Source of the DNA: a bacterium
GTDB taxonomy: Bacteria; Patescibacteriota; Minisyncoccia; UBA6257; GWB1-50-10
Assembly (NCBI GenBank): GCA_021791395.1
Contig: JAJYWR010000005.1
Span: forward strand, 21,259-85,258
DNA length: 64,000 nucleotides
Direction: 5' to 3'
Shown here: in pieces, positions 1-8,490 of the stretch
Position numbering within the stretch: position 1 is the stretch's first letter
Layout: every line of letters starts with the position of its first letter
Notes under the pieces: generated by a model
What the model saw: the letters and a program-made list of their open reading frames with translations, nothing else
Told to the model about the DNA's origin: nothing
Database searches by the model: none
Translations under genes and position numbers: made by a program

Positions 1-1091
1 ATGCCGGCAAGGAGCGATAAAAGAGAAGCGAGAGCCCATCCGAGCACGATGCCGACCAAGCCGCCCGAAAACGTGATGGCGACTGATTCCATGAGAAATT
101 GATAAATGATGTCCTTCCGCTGCGCGCCGATCGCCTTCCGAAGACCGATTTCCCTTGTCCGTTCGGTGACCGTCGTTAACATCATATTCATAATGCTGAT
201 GCCGCCGACCAAAAGAGAGATCCCGGCGATTGAAGCCAAAAGCATCGTGAAGGTACTTGTTACTGTCGAAGCGGTTGCGACGATTTGCGCTTGATTGTAA
301 ACGCTGAAATCGGCGAGGGCTGGATTCGAAATTTTGTGCCGCTCTAAGAGTAGGTTCGTGATCCCCTGCTGGACGGCATCCATCGATTGCGAATCCGCCG
401 CCTCGACGCTGATTTGACTGATATAGGTATCCCCCGCAAGATATTGTTGCGCGGTCGTCAAGGGTACATAAATCATATCGTCAGCACTGTTGAATCCGCT
501 GCCGCCCTGCGAAACCGTGATGCCGATAATCCGAAATGGTACTTCGTTGATTTTAATGCTCTTCCCGACGGGATCCGTCCCCGTCGCAAAGAGATCGCTC
601 TCAACAGTCGGGCCGATAACCGCAACGCGTTCAAAAGACCGGAGATTCGCGCTCGAGATAAATGACCCTTCCGCCATTTGGACGTTTCGGACGCCTGCAT
701 AATCCGGCGTCGTTCCGACAACCTGCACATTCGTATTGGTGCCCGGCGCAGTCACCTGAAACCGAAGGTTCAGCGATGGCGCAACGGCCTGGACCAATGG
801 AACCTGCGACGCAATCGCGTTCGCGTCTGCTTCCGTCAGCGTTTGCGCGCTGCCTCGGCCGCCTGATACCTGGATACCAACGCCTCTTTGGGTACCCGGC
901 ACAACGAAAAGTAAATTGGCGCCCGCCGATTGGATGCTTGCTTGAATTTGAGCTTGCGTTCCCTGCCCGATTGCAATCATCGCAATCACGGACGCAATGC
1001 CGATCACAATACCGAGCATGGTAAGGAATGTCCGCGCCTTGTTCGCGGTCAAAGCCCAATACGTTTCCTCAATGAGATCAGTGGTTTTCAT
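1..1091 (-). CDS. MacB/FtsX-type ABC transporter permease (C-terminal end runs off the left edge of the window)
   Basis: This ORF is absent from the supplied track because it has no in-window stop. My minus-strand translation from the ATG at 1091..1089 gives MKTTDLIEETYWALTANKARTFLTMLGIVIGIASVIAMIAIGQG..., then a long extracytoplasmic domain, then ...TERTREIGLRKAIGAQRKDII.... The start overlaps the stop of the upstream ATPase gene. Confidence 0.85.
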   Translation of the reverse strand, partial: MKTTDLIEETYWALTANKARTFLTMLGIVIGIASVIAMIAIGQGTQAQIQASIQSAGANLLFVVPGTQRGVGIQVSGGRGSAQTLTEADANAIASQVPLVQAVAPSLNLRFQVTAPGTNTNVQVVGTTPDYAGVRNVQMAEGSFISSANLRSFERVAVIGPTVESDLFATGTDPVGKSIKINEVPFRIIGITVSQGGSGFNSADDMIYVPLTTAQQYLAGDTYISQISVEAADSQSMDAVQQGITNLLLERHKISNPALADFSVYNQAQIVATASTVTSTFTMLLASIAGISLLVGGISIMNMMLTTVTERTREIGLRKAIGAQRKDIIYQFLMESVAITFSGGLVGIVLGWALASLLSLLAG

Positions 1092-1773
1092 AATCTTTTG
1101 CCGGCGTATCACTTAAAATTTTTCCGTCCTTGATATGGATGATGCGCTTTGCATGTATGGCGACGTCTGGTTCGTGGGTAATAAGAACAATCGTTCGCCC
1201 TTCGTCGTTCAGCTTTTTGAACGTTCCAAGGACGATTTCTCCCGTTTGCGTGTCGAGGTTGCCGGTCGGCTCGTCCGCAAGGACGATGGTTGGATTATTC
1301 ACGAGTGCGCGTGCAATCGCGACCCGCTGCATCTGCCCGCCGGACAATTGGTTCGAGCGATAGTAAAGATGGGCTTCATCGAGTCCCGCGGCAAGAATTG
1401 CTCCCCTTGCCCGTTCCATCCGCTCTTCCTTGGGAACGCCGGCATACATCAGGGGCAGTGCGACGTTCCGGACGACGGTTGCGCGCGGCAGCAAGTTGAA
1501 GGCCTGGAACACAAAGCCGATCTTTTCTTTCCGGATGTCGGCGAGTTCCACTTCTGAGAACGACGATACATTCTTGCCGTCGAGAAGATACTGCCCCGAT
1601 GTCGGCGTATCGAGGCACCCTAAAATGTGCATTAGGGTCGATTTGCCTGATCCGGACGGTCCCATGATCGCGACATATTCACCGTCCTTAATAACGAAGG
1701 AAACTCCTTCCAGGGCCTGCGTTGAAATGTCGCCGTTCGAATATGTTTTCGTGATATTCCGAACTTCGATCAT
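1078..1773 (-). CDS. ABC transporter ATP-binding protein, MacB/LolD-like
   Basis: Walker A is GPSGSGKST, the signature is LSGGQMQR and Walker B is IVLADEPTGNLD. It overlaps both the membrane-fusion gene and the permease gene. Confidence 0.95.
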   Translation of the reverse strand: MIEVRNITKTYSNGDISTQALEGVSFVIKDGEYVAIMGPSGSGKSTLMHILGCLDTPTSGQYLLDGKNVSSFSEVELADIRKEKIGFVFQAFNLLPRATVVRNVALPLMYAGVPKEERMERARGAILAAGLDEAHLYYRSNQLSGGQMQRVAIARALVNNPTIVLADEPTGNLDTQTGEIVLGTFKKLNDEGRTIVLITHEPDVAIHAKRIIHIKDGKILSDTPAKDYENH

Positions 1774-3467
1774 CTGAGGAAGAGGGCTCCTCCGCCGAAC
1801 CGGCCCGCGCCTCCCGTTTGGGTCGCCGAGACCGTACTCGCAGAAGAACCATTGGTTTGCGTTACGACAATGTCCCCCTCCGAAAGTCCGCTTGTGATCT
1901 CGGTATTCGAATCATCCGTCGCTCCGGTTTGCACGATTATTTCTTTCGGAGCGATTGAAGAAACGACGAGGGAGCTTCCTGCGGCCGCGGGCGAAATCGC
2001 CGATTTCACGAGCGTCTCCACATAACTTACGGAGCCTTGCGACTTCACGGCGGCATTCGGGACAATTAAGACATTCTGGTGGACACCCGTTACGATATTC
2101 GCCGTCACACTCATGCCGGCACGGATGGAAGGATCCTGTGTTTCGAGCGATATCTTCACGTTGTAATTTACGACGCCTTGCGTGACGGCTCCCACGTTAT
2201 CGATCTCCGCCACCTTCCCCACGACGGTAAGATTGGGTAATGCATCAAACGTCACCGTTGCGAGGTCGCCGATCGCAATACTTGCCACGTCGGCCTCGTT
2301 CAACGTCACTTCGGCGATTTTTTGGTTCGCAACGATCGTCCCGATCTCAGTGGAACCGGTGGTTCCCGCAACCGTCGATCCGGTGATGAGATCGCCCACT
2401 TGAATGTTCAAGATGGCGACTTCGCCGGAAAAGGGCGCCGTAATGATATTGTTGTTGTAATTAGTCTGGGCGTTTTGAACCGACGCTTCCGCATTCAAAA
2501 CGGACGCTTGGGCCGCTTTAATGTCGGCATCCGTCGGCGGCGCCGTGAGCTGTGCTAGCGAGTTTTCGGCCGACGCAAGCGAGTTTTTGCCGCTTTGAAT
2601 GCTTTGCACATCCGAAATAATGGTCGAAATGTTCCCCTCGACGCTTGTGACAGCGGATGCGACGCTCGCCCGGTCGGACGCAATGGTCGTTGCGCTGAAC
2701 GAAGGGGAAGCAATCGCATTCACGAGCGAATTTTCCAAATCAAGGAAGAAGTTCTTGATCGCCGAAAGGTGGCTGAGCGACGCTTGGGCTTCTGCATCGA
2801 ATGCGCTTGAGGTCGCCGTCGGGCTCAATGCCTGGAGTTCATTTTGCCATGCGGCGAGTTCGCTGTTCACCGCAGCCCGGTCGTTTTGAGCGTTGATCTG
2901 GGATTGCATGTCGTTCGCCGAATAAATAAGCGTCGGGAGGGATGTATTGGGGTTATTGAAAAGGCCGTCCGTTGTATTATGGACGGAACTGTACGCGGTC
3001 GTATACACGGAATTCATGTCGTTGTACAAACTTACGTATGCGTGGCTCAGCGAGTTTTCTGCCGAATCGACGGAAAGCTGTGACGCTTGAATCTGCAAAT
3101 TGGTCGGCCCTGCAATGAGCTTTTCATAGTTCGCCTCTGCACTCGCAAGAGCCGCTTTTGCCTGCCCCACGGAAGACGATGCCGCCGATTCATCGAGGAC
3201 GGCAATTACCTGTCCAGCCCTCACATAATCCCCCTGCTTAACCTCGACCGCCGTCACTTTTCCGGACGCCAAGGGCGTGATATTCACCTGGTTCTCCCCC
3301 GAAACCTGCCCCGTACCGCTCACATAGGAAACGATGGTTCCCCGCGAGACGGCTGCCGTCGCGTACGTCGTGATAGCACCTTTTTTGAAGAAGATGAAAT
3401 AACCGGCGACTAAAACAATGACAACGACAACTGCAAGAATCCACTTCTTTTTGAAAATTTTCAACAT
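1770..3467 (-). CDS. HlyD/MacA-family membrane-fusion (periplasmic adaptor) protein
   Basis: The ORF 1770..3635 is trimmed to the internal start MLKIFKKKWILAVVVVIVLVAG (a TM anchor). It has biotinyl/lipoyl-like segments (GKVTAVEVKQGDYVRAGQVIAVLD, GEVAILNIQVGDLI) and a long Ala/Ser-rich coiled-coil region. Confidence 0.8.
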   Translation of the reverse strand: MLKIFKKKWILAVVVVIVLVAGYFIFFKKGAITTYATAAVSRGTIVSYVSGTGQVSGENQVNITPLASGKVTAVEVKQGDYVRAGQVIAVLDESAASSSVGQAKAALASAEANYEKLIAGPTNLQIQASQLSVDSAENSLSHAYVSLYNDMNSVYTTAYSSVHNTTDGLFNNPNTSLPTLIYSANDMQSQINAQNDRAAVNSELAAWQNELQALSPTATSSAFDAEAQASLSHLSAIKNFFLDLENSLVNAIASPSFSATTIASDRASVASAVTSVEGNISTIISDVQSIQSGKNSLASAENSLAQLTAPPTDADIKAAQASVLNAEASVQNAQTNYNNNIITAPFSGEVAILNIQVGDLITGSTVAGTTGSTEIGTIVANQKIAEVTLNEADVASIAIGDLATVTFDALPNLTVVGKVAEIDNVGAVTQGVVNYNVKISLETQDPSIRAGMSVTANIVTGVHQNVLIVPNAAVKSQGSVSYVETLVKSAISPAAAGSSLVVSSIAPKEIIVQTGATDDSNTEITSGLSEGDIVVTQTNGSSASTVSATQTGGAGRFGGGALFLR

Positions 3468-3474
3468 CTTGTTT

Positions 3475-3981
3475 TTATTGATTGGTCCCCGTTGCTCGGA
3501 AAAACATGGCCGGACCGCTCCCGGACGAAGGATTCGGCGGAAAGACCCGAATGAACGCGGCAATGATTTCACCATTCTCTCCCGGTTCGCCAATCGCGAC
3601 CAGGGGATCTCCCGGATGAAGATCGGCAATACCAATGGACGACATTCCCGCCTTCATGATGGTGCTGGTGCCGATGGCTATTGTTTTCTCATTATTATCA
3701 TTGCTCTTGATTACGATGGTATTCGTGCTCGTGCTGATGCTCATGACCACTCCGGCATTTCCGAAAGCGCTCCGCAAATCGTTCCCTCCCGGCCCCGGGA
3801 GAAAACCTGGACGCGGTTCCCCGAAGAATCGCCCGTAATTTCTTCCCCAAGCTTCGTTGAAATTCGCTTTCCTCACGCCCATCACGACGCCGAACCGAAA
3901 AACCAAAAGGAGGAGGATGATCTCGAGAATCCCTCCAACGACGAACCAGAACCATTTCAATTTAAGAATGTCGCGGTGCAT
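3475..3981 (-). CDS. hypothetical membrane-anchored protein
   Basis: It has an N-terminal TM helix (WFWFVVGGILEIILLLLVF), overlaps the upstream gene by 20 nt, and is co-oriented in the sigma/efflux operon. Confidence 0.5.
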   Translation of the reverse strand: MHRDILKLKWFWFVVGGILEIILLLLVFRFGVVMGVRKANFNEAWGRNYGRFFGEPRPGFLPGPGGNDLRSAFGNAGVVMSISTSTNTIVIKSNDNNEKTIAIGTSTIMKAGMSSIGIADLHPGDPLVAIGEPGENGEIIAAFIRVFPPNPSSGSGPAMFFRATGTNQ

Positions 3982-4393
3982 AGGTTAGTTTTGTTTTGAC
4001 GGCTTTCTTGAAATTATTCACGGCAAAAATGAACGAGACGAAAAGGATGAGCGCAAGGGAGAGAGCGCCGATCGTGGGAAGCACCGGGAGCGACTCCGCG
4101 ATCGACGCGAAGTAATCGCCGAAGTTCGCCACGACGATAGTGAAGTCTGAGAAGACGAGTGAGACGAGTTGCGGCGTTCCCGTCGCCGAAAACTGGGCGG
4201 CTGCCGCCTGGATCAGGAGATACAGCCCCGCAATCGAACCGACGGCAAGAGTGCCGAAAACTGCGGCTCTCATTTCCGCGAGCTTTTTTCTTTTTTTTTC
4301 AAGGGTGAAAATGATCCGGTCAGCAAGACCAGGAACGACTCGATAGTCCAAATCGGCAAGTATTTTTCCTAGGCGATCGACATACCTTTCCAT
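3962..4393 (-). CDS. hypothetical multi-pass membrane protein, positional candidate anti-sigma factor
   Basis: It lies directly downstream of the ECF sigma gene and has 2-3 predicted TM helices. There is no recognisable zinc anti-sigma motif. Confidence 0.4.
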   Translation of the reverse strand: MERYVDRLGKILADLDYRVVPGLADRIIFTLEKKRKKLAEMRAAVFGTLAVGSIAGLYLLIQAAAAQFSATGTPQLVSLVFSDFTIVVANFGDYFASIAESLPVLPTIGALSLALILFVSFIFAVNNFKKAVKTKLTYAPRHS

Positions 4394-4414
4394 TGGTGAT
4401 AGGTACGGGAAACC

Positions 4415-4984
4415 CTAGAGTTTCGGTGCATTTTCTGCCTCCAGCTTCGTTTTGAGCGTCGCAAGCGCCCGGCGGTGCCTGCTCCTCACGGTATTTTCCG
4501 AAGCACCTGTCACTTCCGCGATTTCCCGAAAGTTCAAATCGTCCTGGTAGTGGAGAATGAGGACCGACCGATGCGCAGGCGAAAGCTCCTGCAGGATTTT
4601 TTCCACCTCTTCCTTCGTCTCTTTGCGTTCCAGAGCGTCGTTCATGTTTTCGCCTTCATCCTTGATATCCATGATGGCATTTTCGCCGTCGTCGGTCTCA
4701 AGGTCGGAAAATTTCAATTCTTTCCGTTTGCGGAGATAATCAATAACTGCGTTCCGCGCGATTTGGAAAATCCAAACCTTGAACTTCCGCTTGGTGTCGA
4801 ACTTCTTCAAATGCTTCCAGACCCGGAAGAAGACATCTTGCGTCAGATCTTCCGCTTTTCCTTCGTCCTTAATGTATTGATGGATGAAATTGAAAATATG
4901 GTCGGCATACCGCTTCACAAGCACGTCGAAGAGATGCTCTTCCCCCTGAAGGCAGAGTTCCACCAGTTTTTCGTCCGACCCCAT
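4415..4984 (-). CDS. ECF-type RNA polymerase sigma-70 family factor
   Basis: The region 2 pattern is DLTQDVFFRVWKHL...WIFQIARNAVIDYLRKR. The region 4 HTH is LSPAHRSVLILHYQDDLNFREIAEVTGASENTVRSRHRRA. Confidence 0.9.
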   Translation of the reverse strand: MGSDEKLVELCLQGEEHLFDVLVKRYADHIFNFIHQYIKDEGKAEDLTQDVFFRVWKHLKKFDTKRKFKVWIFQIARNAVIDYLRKRKELKFSDLETDDGENAIMDIKDEGENMNDALERKETKEEVEKILQELSPAHRSVLILHYQDDLNFREIAEVTGASENTVRSRHRRALATLKTKLEAENAPKL

Positions 4985-4992
4985 GGAGGAGA

Positions 4993-5853
4993 TTATCGCA
5001 CGAATCGGAGATAAATACCCGACGGAACGATCCGGTTCGATGCTTGCTCACGGATCGCGATCTCACCGAATTCCGCGGACTTCGCTTCGGGGAATGATCC
5101 TTCGATCGCTTGAAGGAACGACTGCGGCGAGTACCCGGCGGCATACCCATTCAAGAGGAAGAATGATCCCGGTTTTTTCGAAAAGAGTTTCTGAAGGACG
5201 TCGAGAAGTTTCTGCATGTCCTCTTCGATCCGCCACACCTCATTTTCCGGCCCCCGGCCGAACGCCGGCGGATCGAGGATGATGCCTTCGTAGGCATGTC
5301 CGCGCCGCACTTCCCGCTCGGCGAACTTCAGAGCATCGTCGAGAAGCACGCGCATCGCGCCTTCCGGAACGCCGGAGAGTTTCGCGTTCTCTTTTGCCCA
5401 CGTATTCGATTGTTTCGATGCATCGATGTGCGTGACGTTCGCACCGTTTTTTGCCGCAACGATCGATGCGATGCCGGTATATCCGAAGAGATTCAGGACC
5501 TGCGGATCTTTGAGTCCGGCAACGCCCTCGGCAATCCATTCCCAATTCACCGCTTGCTCGGGAAAAATCCCGGTGTGCTTAAACGATGTAAGGCGCGCGG
5601 TGAATCGGACGTCCCGCCACTTCATTTCCCACGATTCCGGAATACCCTTGTTTTTCCACGCTCCCTTCCCACCGTTCCAGCTGAATTCCGCCTGCGCCTT
5701 TTTCCAGTCCGCTTCGCGGAGAAGTTTCCAGATCGCCTGCGTTTCCGGCCGTATCACGATATATTTGCCGTACCGCTCGAGTTTTTTATTGTCACCGGAA
5801 TCCAGGAGTTCGTAATCACTCCACGGCTCAGCGATGAGGTCAATGTTTTTCAT
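4993..5853 (-). CDS. class I SAM-dependent (rRNA) methyltransferase, RlmI/RlmK-like
   Basis: The ORF is trimmed to MKNIDLIAEPW, whose ATG overlaps the upstream stop (ATGA). The SAM motif is VLNLFGYTGIASIVAA and the catalytic motif is ILDPPAFGRG. Confidence 0.8.
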   Translation of the reverse strand: MKNIDLIAEPWSDYELLDSGDNKKLERYGKYIVIRPETQAIWKLLREADWKKAQAEFSWNGGKGAWKNKGIPESWEMKWRDVRFTARLTSFKHTGIFPEQAVNWEWIAEGVAGLKDPQVLNLFGYTGIASIVAAKNGANVTHIDASKQSNTWAKENAKLSGVPEGAMRVLLDDALKFAEREVRRGHAYEGIILDPPAFGRGPENEVWRIEEDMQKLLDVLQKLFSKKPGSFFLLNGYAAGYSPQSFLQAIEGSFPEAKSAEFGEIAIREQASNRIVPSGIYLRFVR

Positions 5854-6668
5854 TTTCGTTTCAAAACATTCTGATGCTTTGTGCTCCACGCATAGAGGAC
5901 GACGGCCGCGGAGACCGATGCGTTCAGCGATTCGCATTTCGGATCCATCGGGATCCTTAATTTCACATCGCAAAGCTCCAGGGTTTTCTCGCGGATCCCC
6001 CGCCCCTCGTTCCCGACGATGAAGAGCGTGGGGGCATCGAATACTTCATCCGCGATATTCGTGGAGCCATCCGCGACGAGGCCATAGGTTTTGAATCCCA
6101 TTTCCCTGAGGTCTTGGATCGCGTAGTTTACGTTGCCAATTGAGATCAAGGGTACCGAAAAGACCATGCCGGCCGAGACCTTCACCACGGCGCCCGTAAC
6201 CGGCGCTTGTCGATGCTCGGGGATCAGGACGCCCGACGCGCCGAAGGCGGCGGCCGACCGAATGATCGCCCCGACATTCTGCGGGTCGGTCAGTTCATCC
6301 AAGAGAACCAAAATCGTTTCTTCCGTCGGCTTCAAATTCTTTTTGAAAACGCTGAAATCAACGACGAGCGAAGAAGGGTCGACGAAGGCAATGACGCCTT
6401 GGTGCGACGCGTCTTTTCCGACGAGATGCGACGCGTCATTCGATTTCATGATGGAAAACGGAATCCCCCGTTTCGAGAGATTCTCCCGGAGTTCCCGCTC
6501 ATTCGCTTCGGGCGAGAGGAACACTTTCTTGACCGTGTGCGGCGCTTTGAGGAGCGCTTCTTCGAGCGCATGCCTGCCGTACATATAGATCTTTTCCTGA
6601 TTGTGCGAGGTATGCCCGTTGAATTTCTCCCGCCTTTCAAACTTTCTCGGCCTGAATTTCTTCTTCAT
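5850..6668 (-). CDS. rlmB: TrmH/SpoU-family RNA 2'-O-methyltransferase (RlmB-like)
   Basis: SpoU motifs are present: DELTDPQNVGAIIRSAAAFG, LFIVGNEGRGI and IPMDPKCESLNASVSAAVVLY. Confidence 0.8.
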   Translation of the reverse strand: MKKKFRPRKFERREKFNGHTSHNQEKIYMYGRHALEEALLKAPHTVKKVFLSPEANERELRENLSKRGIPFSIMKSNDASHLVGKDASHQGVIAFVDPSSLVVDFSVFKKNLKPTEETILVLLDELTDPQNVGAIIRSAAAFGASGVLIPEHRQAPVTGAVVKVSAGMVFSVPLISIGNVNYAIQDLREMGFKTYGLVADGSTNIADEVFDAPTLFIVGNEGRGIREKTLELCDVKLRIPMDPKCESLNASVSAAVVLYAWSTKHQNVLKRK

Positions 6669-6740
6669 ATATATGAAGTCCAGAATACTCTAAAGGTGTG
6701 CCAAATTCAATTTTCGCGCTGACCTCTCCGGACGCCGGAT

Positions 6741-6766
6741 TTGACAACATTCCGGTCATGTATAAT
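6741..6766 (+). promoter_or_regulatory. sigma-70-like promoter candidate (TTGACA ... TATAAT)
   Basis: TTGACA is at 6741..6746 and TATAAT at 6761..6766. The spacer is only 14 nt, which is shorter than optimal. Confidence 0.35.
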
Positions 6767-6876
6767 AGTTGAATCAATGAAACTGATGATAATGATAAGT
6801 TCCTGGCACCGCAATCACCTTTTCTGGCGAAGGGGTGCGCGATGCACTTGTTCTCGATAAACGATTTCCATTATTG

Positions 6877-6916
6877 AACACCCTCTCGCTAAGCAGGGTG
6901 TTTTTGTAATTTTTTC
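6877..6916 (+). terminator. intrinsic terminator-like hairpin just upstream of the HAD gene start
   Basis: The stem is AACACCCT (6877..6884) paired with AGGGTGTT (6895..6902), with a 10-nt loop, followed by TTTTTGTAATTTTTT. Confidence 0.6.
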
Positions 6917-6920
6917 TTCC

Positions 6921-7586
6921 ATGAAAATAAAACTTATACTTTTTGATATAGACAATACCCTCATATACGGCGAATCCGCTTCCCGGTATTATCGGCAATA
7001 CCCACCGCTCCTCGAGAAAACTCTCGCTTCCTGCCTCGGCATTTCCGTTCCCGAAGCGAAACGGATAGCCGACAAACACAGGAAGATTTTTAACGGGCGC
7101 GGAGAAAAATCATTCGAAACCTATGGCGTCGGCTTGTCGGAATGGTACGAGTCAATATGCAGCTTGGACCCTCGTGCATTCATAGGCGAAATGCCGCAGG
7201 TTCAATTTCTCCTCCGCTTCCTGAAGGAGTCGGGGTACGAACTGGGAGCTATAACCGACGGTCCAATCGAACAAGCGGCGAGGATTTTGTCTTGTGCCGG
7301 CATAGACGAAAGTATTTTCTCCCTCTTTATAGGCTGGACAAGGGGCGGAATAATGCCGAAAGGAGGCGAGGAACAAATCTTCAAGAAAATCATAGCCAAA
7401 AAGAAACTGAAGCCGGAGGAGATTCTCATGGTCGGAGATTCCATCAATACGGATATCCTCCCTGCACGGCAGTGCGGAATGAATGTTCTCCATGTGGGCG
7501 GAAACGGCACAAGCGAATTCCCTTACATACCATCAGTCGAGGAACTGCTAAAATATCTAGAAACACATGAACAAAACGAAAAATAG
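6921..7586 (+). CDS. HAD-superfamily hydrolase/phosphatase
   Basis: Motif I is LFDIDNTL (DxDxT). The C-terminal motif is MVGDSINTDI. Confidence 0.8.
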   Translation: MKIKLILFDIDNTLIYGESASRYYRQYPPLLEKTLASCLGISVPEAKRIADKHRKIFNGRGEKSFETYGVGLSEWYESICSLDPRAFIGEMPQVQFLLRFLKESGYELGAITDGPIEQAARILSCAGIDESIFSLFIGWTRGGIMPKGGEEQIFKKIIAKKKLKPEEILMVGDSINTDILPARQCGMNVLHVGGNGTSEFPYIPSVEELLKYLETHEQNEK

Positions 7587-8490
7587 GATGCCGGTCATCA
7601 TCGATACCGATCCGGGGCATGACGATGCCCTCGCCATCATGCTTCTCGAAAAATCCGGCGTGGCGGATATTAAGACCATCACCACGGTCGCCGGGAACAG
7701 TACAATCCAGAACGTGACCAATAATGCCCGGTACATACTCGATCTTTTAGATACTCCTACTCCTCTCTACTCGGGTTCTTCGGGACCGCTCAAGCGAAAA
7801 TTGGTACAGGCCGTTGTTCACGGCAAGAGTGGTCTCGATGGCGCCGAGATCAAAAAGCGTGAGAAATTGACGGGTGATGCCGTGGAGAAGATCGCATCGA
7901 TCATCCGGGAAAATCCCGGGAAGGTTTCGATTGTCGCCATTGGTCCGGAAACCAACTTAGCAAAAGCTTTCATCCGAGATCCGAAACTCCCCTCGCTCAT
8001 CAAACGACTGGTGATTATGGGCGGGGCAATTGACGTTCCCGGCAACAAAAACAGGGTCGCCGAATTCAATATCTTCGTCGACCCGGAAGCCGCGGATATT
8101 GTATGCAGGGCGGCAGTAAAAAAGGTGTTGATACCCCTCGACGTTTGCAACGATATCGTCTTACAAAGGACCGACTTTGAGAAATTGAGAAAAACTCCAC
8201 TCTCGGAATCCGTCTTAAAGATGATGGACAAATACATGTACGGACTGTCGGTCAACGAGAAAGTGAAGGGCGCATTGATGTACGATCCCCTCGCAGCCTA
8301 TTACCTCATCAATCCCTCAGCATACAAACTCCAATCCATGGATATTAAGATAGAAACGGATGGCGAGATCACGAGAGGAATGACCGTCGTGGAACGACGG
8401 ACATGGGCTCACAAGAACCCCAATGTATTGGTGGCGACCAAAATAGACGGGAGGGCATTCAAGAAAGATTTTCTAAAAATCCTTCAATAA
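7567..8490 (+). CDS. inosine/uridine-preferring nucleoside hydrolase family protein
   Basis: The N-terminal fingerprint is VIIDTDPGHDDALAI. It overlaps the HAD gene by 20 nt. Confidence 0.9.
   Translation: MNKTKNRMPVIIDTDPGHDDALAIMLLEKSGVADIKTITTVAGNSTIQNVTNNARYILDLLDTPTPLYSGSSGPLKRKLVQAVVHGKSGLDGAEIKKREKLTGDAVEKIASIIRENPGKVSIVAIGPETNLAKAFIRDPKLPSLIKRLVIMGGAIDVPGNKNRVAEFNIFVDPEAADIVCRAAVKKVLIPLDVCNDIVLQRTDFEKLRKTPLSESVLKMMDKYMYGLSVNEKVKGALMYDPLAAYYLINPSAYKLQSMDIKIETDGEITRGMTVVERRTWAHKNPNVLVATKIDGRAFKKDFLKILQ

Noticed and set aside
3468-3635. N-terminal 56-aa extension of the membrane-fusion protein ORF
   Set aside because: The extension overlaps the upstream gene and is Arg/Pro-rich. The internal start MLKIFKKKW is followed directly by the TM anchor expected for this family.
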